The translations under genes and the position numbers were made by a program. Below the pieces are notes generated by a model that did no database searches, was not told the origin of the DNA, and worked only from the letters and a program-made list of their open reading frames with translations. This document shows, piece after piece, positions 56,748-64,000 of a DNA stretch of 64,000 bases. The stretch comes from a virus (taxonomy: Duplodnaviria > Caudoviricetes), in the IMG/VR virus record IMGVR_UViG_3300008267_000189, positions 581 through 64,580 of that record. One strand, written 5' to 3'. Every line of letters begins with the position of its first letter. Position 1 is the first letter of the stretch.

Positions 56748-57551
56748 ATGGTTGATTTTTTAAGAAAATTAGAAGACATGGAAGTAGAGCAAAAGAAAAA
56801 AATTAATTCTAATGATTATTTTGAATTAGTTTACCTAAGGCATAGATATTTTAGAAAATCTACAAACCCTACTCCTGAAAGATTAAAGCAATTTGAAGAA
56901 ATGATCTGCAATATTTCTCATAAAATTTATTATAGAAATATTGCTATATTTAAAACCATAGGATTTGAAAATGAGGATTTAAAGAATATTGGTAGAGTTA
57001 ATACAGTATCTTTCATATCTATGGGTGGGTTAAAAGAAAACCCTCATTTAATGGAAAGATTTATTCATGATCATAAAGAGAAATACGGACAAGAAAGCGA
57101 GCCTACTGACCGTGATATATTTTTAAGAGAATGTTATAATCTTTCTAAATATCTAAATCAACGTCTTCAAGAAGTTGCAAAATTTTGTCAAATTAAAAGC
57201 GCAAATATTATAGGAGATAAGGCTAAAAAGATCTATTTCATAGGATCTCCAGAAAAAAATCCTAGCGACGATGATTTAATCATGTCGCCAGAAGCTTTCG
57301 GATTTAAAAAAATTAGAGAAGCGCAATTTAAAAAAATGTTTAAAGATCTAAAAATACTAGACAAAACGCACTTCCTAACCTCTGAGGGGTCGGTAATTAG
57401 GGTTATTCATAAGGCTCCAAACCATCTCGCCATTGAAGATTTTTATAAAGAGACTAGTGATAATGAGTCAAATTTAAATCCTGAAGAGCTAATGATACGT
57501 AGAGAAAGTTTAATAACAAACAAAAAAATTTCCTCAAGAAAAAAAACATGA
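56748..57551 (+). CDS. Second sigma-factor-like protein (region 2-like)
   Basis: FEEMICNISHKIY..GFENEDLKNIG; NPEELMIRRE. Confidence 0.45.
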   Translation: MVDFLRKLEDMEVEQKKKINSNDYFELVYLRHRYFRKSTNPTPERLKQFEEMICNISHKIYYRNIAIFKTIGFENEDLKNIGRVNTVSFISMGGLKENPHLMERFIHDHKEKYGQESEPTDRDIFLRECYNLSKYLNQRLQEVAKFCQIKSANIIGDKAKKIYFIGSPEKNPSDDDLIMSPEAFGFKKIREAQFKKMFKDLKILDKTHFLTSEGSVIRVIHKAPNHLAIEDFYKETSDNESNLNPEELMIRRESLITNKKISSRKKT

Positions 57552-57565
57552 TATTATAGGTAACT

Positions 57566-58729
57566 ATGGCTGATAATGTTGAAAAAGAAAGTCCTGAAGA
57601 ATTTTTTAATAAAGTTAATGATGCTTATGAAAAAAGCACCAAAACTCAGCTTTTGATCGATGAGAACAAAGAACTTCAAGCTCATATCTATAATGCTAAA
57701 TTAAAAATTCAAAAAAATGAAATTGATAAAATTTCTAAAATCCACAGTAATCTAGAAAAAGAAGATCTAACAGCGAGGGGTTTTGATAAACAAAAAATGT
57801 TGAGAGACATTGAGGATAGAAAAAATGCTGTTATTTTTTTAAATGAAAAAATATCAAAACATTTTATTGCCGCTCCAGGAAGTTTGATTGTTATTCCTTC
57901 AATGACAAACAATGGTAAATCTACTCTTACGGCACATATAGCCGAGGCAATAGTCAATCAAAATAAAAAAGTGTTAATTCTTTCTAATGAAGAAAAAGAA
58001 GAGGATGTCAGAGCTAGGATTAGCTGTCTTAGAACAAAAGTCTCATTTGGCGATTATAAAACAAATAAATGCACAATGGAAGAGATTGAAAAAGTACTAG
58101 ATGATGCGGAATTTTTATCAAAAGACGCTAAACTTGTTGTAATTTCTCCTAAAAACGAGGCTGATGCATATAAAGTTACCACCGTAAAAGGCGTTATGGC
58201 TACTTTAGAAAAAGCTAAAGGTAAATTTGACACAGTTATTATCGATTACTATACCAACGTAAATATTAGTGAAGTCGGCACTCAGGACCCCTGGACCGTA
58301 AACAATGCTCTTGCCAGTGAGCTTAACGTTTTTAAAGACTCCTCACCTTTTCCAATTATAGCGATGGCTCAGTGTGAAAGTTTAAGAAATGAAAAAAATA
58401 AACAAGAGCTGGATGATGCTGATTTTGAGTCCCAACACCCGATGTATAGATGGAAGGGCGGTAAATCAATTATTATTTATGCTACTGATATTATTGAGCT
58501 TAAAAAAGATTTTGAAAATAGTAGATCCTATCTCTACGCTCACAAGGTCAGATTTGGTCATGGAGATCTGTTAAGAGGGCATGTTCTTTACTTTGATAAA
58601 AAAATGCAAAGATTTTCAGAATGGACCCCTCAAATTGATGCTCAAATTACTGCTTCAAAAGCAATAAGACAAACAAAAGAACAAAGTATGCAAATAGGAT
58701 TGGCCGAAGTATTTAATAATAAAAAATGA
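57566..58729 (+). CDS. DnaB-like replicative helicase
   Basis: PGSLIVI.SMTNNGKST, SNE, IIDY, MAQ, KVRFG. Confidence 0.82.
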   Translation: MADNVEKESPEEFFNKVNDAYEKSTKTQLLIDENKELQAHIYNAKLKIQKNEIDKISKIHSNLEKEDLTARGFDKQKMLRDIEDRKNAVIFLNEKISKHFIAAPGSLIVIPSMTNNGKSTLTAHIAEAIVNQNKKVLILSNEEKEEDVRARISCLRTKVSFGDYKTNKCTMEEIEKVLDDAEFLSKDAKLVVISPKNEADAYKVTTVKGVMATLEKAKGKFDTVIIDYYTNVNISEVGTQDPWTVNNALASELNVFKDSSPFPIIAMAQCESLRNEKNKQELDDADFESQHPMYRWKGGKSIIIYATDIIELKKDFENSRSYLYAHKVRFGHGDLLRGHVLYFDKKMQRFSEWTPQIDAQITASKAIRQTKEQSMQIGLAEVFNNKK

Positions 58730-59544
58730 AAGAAATAACTAAAAAATTTTTAAATCTTTTTTTTAATCCCGGAGAAGAAATTTGTTTTTCTTCAAATAAA
58801 TATGCCCGTCCTAGCGAAATACAAGAAAATTTAAATGAGGAACAAACTGTCTTGGTAGCAATCAATCCTATTAAAGGGCAGAGAAATGACGAAAATGTTA
58901 CAGCATACAGAACATTTATGATAGAATGCGATGATGAATCTCTTGAAGATCAATGGAAATATATTAAAAATATCGGATTTCCTTATTCTTATTGTTGTTT
59001 CTCGGGCAATAAATCTTTACATTTTGCTCTCGTTCTTGATCACGATATTCCTAGTTCCCATATCTATAGACACACGTACCAGTGGATTTTAAATATTCTT
59101 GCCAAGGCTGACCAGAAGACCAAAAACCCGAGTCGGAGTATTCGTTTTCCAGGAACAAGAAGATCTGATACAGGCAAAGAACAAAGGCTTCTTTATATGG
59201 GAGAAAGAATAAAACTCGAAAAATTGAGCGAGTGGCTAAATAAACATATTGATAAGCAACCTAAATCTTTGTTTAGAAATGTAGAAAAAAGTTCTGTTCC
59301 TAATTTTAAAGGAATTAAACCCTGGGTTATACAGGCTCTTAAAAAAGGTATTCATAATATGGAAGGATCTAGAAATCAGAGGTGGATGTCTATAGGGTGT
59401 GAGCTTGCCTTAAATGGGTATGATTTGGATTCTACAATACTTTATTTAGAAAAATTTTTTGAAGAGCAGTCTGATTTCAAAGAAAGAGAATGGCTAACAG
59501 CCGTTAAATCCGGATGGAATTATGCCGATAAAGTAACGAGATAA
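58726..59544 (+). CDS. AEP/RepB-type primase with PriCT-like C-terminal domain
   Basis: IECDD, FSGNKSLH, KNPSR.IRFPG, GSRNQ. Confidence 0.75.
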   Translation: MKEITKKFLNLFFNPGEEICFSSNKYARPSEIQENLNEEQTVLVAINPIKGQRNDENVTAYRTFMIECDDESLEDQWKYIKNIGFPYSYCCFSGNKSLHFALVLDHDIPSSHIYRHTYQWILNILAKADQKTKNPSRSIRFPGTRRSDTGKEQRLLYMGERIKLEKLSEWLNKHIDKQPKSLFRNVEKSSVPNFKGIKPWVIQALKKGIHNMEGSRNQRWMSIGCELALNGYDLDSTILYLEKFFEEQSDFKEREWLTAVKSGWNYADKVTR

Positions 59545-59546
59545 AT

Positions 59547-60263
59547 ATGAGTGATGATTTAGATGTTTATCATAAATTTAAAAAAGATGACGTTGACCAG
59601 TTTATGGACAATCACATCTACCTCCCTACTAGAACCATTTATATGGGCAGTATGAGCAGTTCTGACGATGAAGGAGAAAGCGGCACAGATTACTACATGG
59701 CTGAAACTGTTGTCAAAGCCCTGCACATTCTGGATAATCAAGATGCTGTTTCTATGAAAGGTGAAAAGCCTATCAATATTATAATGAATAATGTAGGGGG
59801 AGAGATCTATCACGGAATGGCTATTTATGATGCTGTTGCAAATTGTAAAAATCATGTTACAATAAGAGTATACGGACATGCAATGTCGATGGGGTCTGTG
59901 ATTTTGCAATCGGCTGATCATAGAGTTATGACAAGACATTCAAGAATAATGATACATTACGGAACCTTTGGTATGCATCAACATACTAAAATTGTTTATA
60001 AATGGGCAAATGAAACAAAAAAATTTGATCAATTAATGGAAGATATATATCTCGATAAAATTAATAATAGAAAAATAACTTTAGAGAAATATCTTACACT
60101 GATTGGCAAGGAATCAGAAATCCCTCAAGGTAATGCAAAAAATAAAAAAATAGCAATTGGAAGAAAAGAACTTCAAGAAATGCTTAATTTTGATACTATA
60201 ATAGATGCGGATACTGCCTTGGAACTTAATTTGATCGATAAAATAGAGGATAAAAATGTCTGA
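59547..60263 (+). CDS. clpP: ClpP-like protease (cytoplasmic)
   Basis: MNNVGGE, AMSMG, IMIH, ALELNLIDKI. Confidence 0.85.
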   Translation: MSDDLDVYHKFKKDDVDQFMDNHIYLPTRTIYMGSMSSSDDEGESGTDYYMAETVVKALHILDNQDAVSMKGEKPINIIMNNVGGEIYHGMAIYDAVANCKNHVTIRVYGHAMSMGSVILQSADHRVMTRHSRIMIHYGTFGMHQHTKIVYKWANETKKFDQLMEDIYLDKINNRKITLEKYLTLIGKESEIPQGNAKNKKIAIGRKELQEMLNFDTIIDADTALELNLIDKIEDKNV

Positions 60264-60726
60264 AAAAAATCTAGGGATTCTTATTTTCACATTCCTCATA
60301 ATAATCAATCTGGCTGGCTTTATATATTTTAGTATAATTATTTATAAAAATATAAAACTAAGAAGGCAACAAGCTAAGAAAATCAATGAATTAGAATCTA
60401 AAAAATGCAAAGGACCACACTCCTGGATCAATATGAGTGTAGACGGTTCTAGAACACATGTTTGTAAAAAATGCTATTTTAGCCCTAGTCATGATGGTTT
60501 TGTTAAACAAAGCTTTGTTCAAGAAGCAATTTATACAGAACAATTTGATATTCAATATAAGGAATATTTTGATAAAAAAATTCAAGAACTAGCATTTTTT
60601 TATGAAATGCCGATTGACAAGCTTGCGGAAATAGGAGAAAAAATTATACAAATAAAAAAAGATTTTGCGTTTGAATATATTAAAAAAATGATGGAAGAAG
60701 TAAGTCAGGGCGTGGAGAAAGAATAG
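60256..60726 (+). CDS. Membrane-anchored protein with Cys/His cluster
   Basis: N-terminal TM; CKGPH..CKKC. Confidence 0.55.
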   Translation: MSEKNLGILIFTFLIIINLAGFIYFSIIIYKNIKLRRQQAKKINELESKKCKGPHSWINMSVDGSRTHVCKKCYFSPSHDGFVKQSFVQEAIYTEQFDIQYKEYFDKKIQELAFFYEMPIDKLAEIGEKIIQIKKDFAFEYIKKMMEEVSQGVEKE

Positions 60727-61709
60727 TGACAGAGGAATTTAAATTTTGTTGGGGAGAGCCTTATTGTGTTAAGGAAGCTTTAAAACATTATTATAAAAAG
60801 AAATATCACGCATACGTGGATATAGAGTCAATAAAATACCAGCCTTACGATGGTGATCCTGAATTAATTAGATTAACCAAGCAATTTGTCAAAGAAACAA
60901 CGGGCATAGATTACAAACACTTAATAATAACAAACGGAACGACCAGCGCTTTAAACATAGTATTAAGATCCTTACAGCGCAAACATGGTTATAAAATTTG
61001 TTATATACACAAATATCATTTTTCTTTTTATCCAACTATAATTAGTAAAAATAATTATCAGCAAAAAATAGGGTTATATCAAAATCATGAATCCGAACTA
61101 AGCGAAAAAAATGTACTAGGCATGGTAGACAGTCCTTCGAACCCTATGGGAGATTTTCTTTTATATACGGATAATTACAATAACATTATATGGGATAGTG
61201 TTTATCATAATCCTGTTTTCATTAATACCATTCCGGTAAAACCTGATCATAGAGCAAATTGCGGTTCATACAGCAAGTGCTTCGGTATTACAGGAGCCAG
61301 GGTGGGTTGGATTGCTACGAATAGTGATGAGGATTATTTATTATTTAAAGAAGAGAATATGTACGAAACTTGTTCTGTTTCATATCTTTCTCAAAACTTT
61401 GTTTTAGATCTAATGCAAAATACTGATATTGATGCTTTTATGAAATCTTCTCGTTATAGGGTAAATAATAATAGAGAAATGTTTGATAGAATATGCTATC
61501 TATTCGACGGTCAAGCTGTTCCTGAGAATGGTATGTTTTATGCAGTATGGGCATCTCCGTATACGATAAAATTACTAGACAAATTAAATGTTAAAACTAT
61601 ACAAATGGATGCGTTGGGAAATGATAAATTTTTAAGATTCAACCTAGCTCAGACAAATGATTTAACAAAAAGAGCAATTCGGTATATTATAAAAGAAGAT
61701 GGAAAATAA
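60726..61709 (+). CDS. PLP-dependent fold-type I aminotransferase-like enzyme
   Basis: ITNG, SPSNPMG, DSVY, SYSK(PLP Lys)CFGITGARVGW, LRFN. Confidence 0.85.
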   Translation: MTEEFKFCWGEPYCVKEALKHYYKKKYHAYVDIESIKYQPYDGDPELIRLTKQFVKETTGIDYKHLIITNGTTSALNIVLRSLQRKHGYKICYIHKYHFSFYPTIISKNNYQQKIGLYQNHESELSEKNVLGMVDSPSNPMGDFLLYTDNYNNIIWDSVYHNPVFINTIPVKPDHRANCGSYSKCFGITGARVGWIATNSDEDYLLFKEENMYETCSVSYLSQNFVLDLMQNTDIDAFMKSSRYRVNNNREMFDRICYLFDGQAVPENGMFYAVWASPYTIKLLDKLNVKTIQMDALGNDKFLRFNLAQTNDLTKRAIRYIIKEDGK

Positions 61710-61759
61710 ACAAAAATGACCCGATTGAAAGATTTAATCAGGTCATTATCAGGAAAGAT

Positions 61760-61972
61760 ATGGATGAATTAAAAATTTTATTAGAACAGAATCCTAAGCT
61801 TAGAGTCTATCAAAATATGCTAGAGAAAGAAATGAATTCAGTGCCTGAAGAATATAGACTGGTCATATTGGCAAAACATATAGCTTGGAATCTTGAGGAA
61901 CTAGAAACTGAATTAAAAATGTTACAATTAAAATTAATAAAATTAGGGAATATTCATGAAAGCAATAATTGA
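61760..61972 (+). CDS. Hypothetical protein
   Basis: AGGA RBS. Confidence 0.5.
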   Translation: MDELKILLEQNPKLRVYQNMLEKEMNSVPEEYRLVILAKHIAWNLEELETELKMLQLKLIKLGNIHESNN

Positions 61973-62249
61973 GTTTGATTTAGAAGATCCTTCTGATAAG
62001 CTTTCGCACAGAAGATGCACAAATGCCACCAATGCTTACATTGCGATACATGAATTTGATAACTTACTTAGAAAATATATAAAATACAATCACAGTATAG
62101 AAGAAGGAGCGGAGTGGGCGCTGCCTCTTGGATATCATGTTTTAACAAAAATAGAATCAGAATTAATATGGCATGTTATAAAACATATATCAATAGAATA
62201 TCAAGATATTCTAGAAAATTTAAAAATTGATCTTAGGGATTTGGAATGA
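61956..62249 (+). CDS. Conserved-type phage hypothetical protein (MKAIIEFDL...)
   Basis: MKA.LEF.L..D pattern common in phages. Confidence 0.6.
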   Translation: MKAIIEFDLEDPSDKLSHRRCTNATNAYIAIHEFDNLLRKYIKYNHSIEEGAEWALPLGYHVLTKIESELIWHVIKHISIEYQDILENLKIDLRDLE

Positions 62250-62905
62250 GAGTAAAACTTATATCTGTAACAAAACCTGTAGCAGAAGAAATCAAAAATA
62301 TGTCGGCTGAAGAACTTACAGCATATGTAGCTCGTGTATCCAATCCATCGAACCAGTTCAATACTGAAACAGCACCAAAATTGCTCAAATACTGCATCAA
62401 CCATAAACATTGGTCCATTTTTGAACATATTAGCCTAACAGTTGAAATTACTACAAGCAGGGCAATTGCGGCACAAATATTAAGACATAGAAGTTTTGTT
62501 TTTCAAGAATTTAGTCAACGATATGCTGAAGTTATAACGAATGAGTTGGTAGAAGCTAGAAGACAAGATATCAAAAATAGACAAAATTCTATTAATGATA
62601 TGAGTGAAGAAGATAAAAAATGGTTTGAAAGACAACAAAAAAGATTATGGACAGAAGCTAAGGCAGAATATGATGAGGCAATAAGAAGAGGCATCGCCAA
62701 AGAGCAGGCAAGATTTCTACTTCCTCTCTCAACCCAAACCACACTATACATGACAGGAAATATAAGAAACTGGATTCATTATATCGAACTCAGGACAGAA
62801 AATGGCACTCAATTAGAACATGCAGACATAGCTAAGGAAATTAAAAATATTTTTATACAAGAATTTCCGGCAATTTCTGAAGCAAAGGAATGGAAACAAT
62901 GTTAA
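62246..62905 (+). CDS. thyX: Flavin-dependent thymidylate synthase
   Basis: HWSIFEH, QILRHRSFVFQEFSQRY, EQARFLLP, TQLEH. Confidence 0.95.
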   Translation: MRVKLISVTKPVAEEIKNMSAEELTAYVARVSNPSNQFNTETAPKLLKYCINHKHWSIFEHISLTVEITTSRAIAAQILRHRSFVFQEFSQRYAEVITNELVEARRQDIKNRQNSINDMSEEDKKWFERQQKRLWTEAKAEYDEAIRRGIAKEQARFLLPLSTQTTLYMTGNIRNWIHYIELRTENGTQLEHADIAKEIKNIFIQEFPAISEAKEWKQC

Positions 62906-63126
62906 AAAGAATTAAATTAAAAAATGTTTTATTGATATTGTTAGGAATATCAATGTTTACGATATTCTCTAATATATTATTTTATGTATTTTCAGTAATT
63001 CTTTTTGTACTAAATATGGCATCCAAAGTGGTTGGATCTATATTAATAGGGTGTAATTCTTATTATATATTAAAACAAATAAAAAATGATGAAGAAGATA
63101 ATATGTTGGATGAAGATAAAAAATGA
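62890..63126 (+). CDS. Small membrane protein
   Basis: Hydrophobic ORF. Confidence 0.5.
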   Translation: METMLKRIKLKNVLLILLGISMFTIFSNILFYVFSVILFVLNMASKVVGSILIGCNSYYILKQIKNDEEDNMLDEDKK

Positions 63127-63380
63127 ATATAAGAAAAATTGTATTAAAAGCTCATGATGGCAAAAGTGCAATTGTGTGCCAGGCTAGTGTATTTTTAAAA
63201 GATAAAAATATATTTTTCTATGGGAAAACCGATTCAGAAATCCTATCTATCGACGTTCCCGGATGGTTCAAAGATGCCATAGGCGAACTTAATTGGGAAT
63301 ACATTAAAAAGAAAATCAATGAGAAAGCTTCTGTTATTGATAACGGCGAAAATGGCATGGAACTCATTATAAATTATTAA
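63123..63380 (+). CDS. Hypothetical protein
   Basis: Coupled ORF. Confidence 0.5.
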   Translation: MNIRKIVLKAHDGKSAIVCQASVFLKDKNIFFYGKTDSEILSIDVPGWFKDAIGELNWEYIKKKINEKASVIDNGENGMELIINY

Positions 63381-64000
63381 ATCCTTGACCAATCCGGAAT
63401 TGTGGCATCTACACCTGTTTTTTGACAAAAAATATTAAATCCAGAACTCATATTCAAACCTCCTCCGTCACTTCTTTCAGCAAACCTAATATTTACAGAT
63501 GATAAAGAATTTGAAGCTATACTTACAATAAAGCCATTTGTATATCCGGTGACAGTACAGTTCGGCGTTAAGGTAAAAAGCCCTGCTACAAAAGTGCAAG
63601 TGTAGCCAGTTCCGGGGGCGGTGCATGAAGAAATAAAGCCAAAACTTTCACCGATCACACCTCCAGCGCTTGGTATCCTTGCACTAAATACCGTCATATT
63701 AACTTCGCCATAAAAATAAGCTTTAAAAATATTTGAACTTGTATCTGTATAAAAAGCTCCTACTTTTTTATACTGAGTAAATCCCGTGGGAGATGTTGCC
63801 GAAGTAGACGCTACAAGTTTAATTGCATTACTACTTACTACTGTGTAAACATAGTAAAAAGTTGAAGCAGCAATCGTACCTGTATCAAGCCCGCCCGCTC
63901 CTGATGTAGCTGTATTTAAAGTTAAAGAACCTAGAGTGGCGGTTGTATTGCCAGTTTTTGTAAACTTTGCAATCTTGTCTTGTTCTAATAGATCCGATAA
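63377..64000 (-). CDS. Tail fibre/spike-like protein, 3' part (start outside window)
   Basis: Frame open to window end; GAGGLDTGTIAASTFYYVY..SPTGFTQYKKVG motif of phage tail proteins. Confidence 0.7.
   Translation of the reverse strand, partial: LSDLLEQDKIAKFTKTGNTTATLGSLTLNTATSGAGGLDTGTIAASTFYYVYTVVSSNAIKLVASTSATSPTGFTQYKKVGAFYTDTSSNIFKAYFYGEVNMTVFSARIPSAGGVIGESFGFISSCTAPGTGYTCTFVAGLFTLTPNCTVTGYTNGFIVSIASNSLSSVNIRFAERSDGGGLNMSSGFNIFCQKTGVDATIPDWSRI

Noticed and set aside
1-64000. Stop-codon reassignment
   Set aside because: Conserved genes are full length in code 11 and end in TAA, TAG and TGA.
1-64000. tRNA/rRNA genes, integrase, transposase, reverse transcriptase/DGR
   Set aside because: No cloverleaf or diagnostic motifs seen; intergenic gaps are short.

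Overview
AT-rich 64-kb segment of a large lytic myovirus (Caudoviricetes) with an SPO1/Twort (Herelleviridae)-like structural module, read in the standard genetic code. Positions 1-21.5 kb hold the major capsid protein and scaffold (minus strand), a divergent prohead protease, NUDIX, neck proteins, a block of acidic/basic modular putative internal head proteins, tail sheath and tail tube. Positions 21.5-31.6 kb hold an AAA ATPase, GroEL, large terminase, portal and M15 endolysin. Positions 31.6-63 kb hold a helicase, sigma-like factors, a GroES-like protein, Mre11/Rad50, two ClpP-like proteases, RNR, DnaQ+DnaE, SSB, RecA, DnaB-like helicase, primase, a PLP enzyme and ThyX. The window ends in a partial tail-fibre-like gene. 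The top candidate system is a phage gene in the head-protein cluster (11830-13623) whose N-terminal 120 aa look like an mCpol (minimal CRISPR polymerase) cyclic-nucleotide synthase domain. It is fused to phage head-protein modules and ends on an A_AAA_AAG -1 slippery site with a downstream stem that opens an 85-aa extension. It sits among several multi-domain proteins (zincin-like, lytic transglycosylase) that may be cut at hydrophobic-x-K/[SAGN] sites and delivered from the virion. Two distinct promoter motifs are visible. All family assignments come from motif recognition by eye and were not database-verified.
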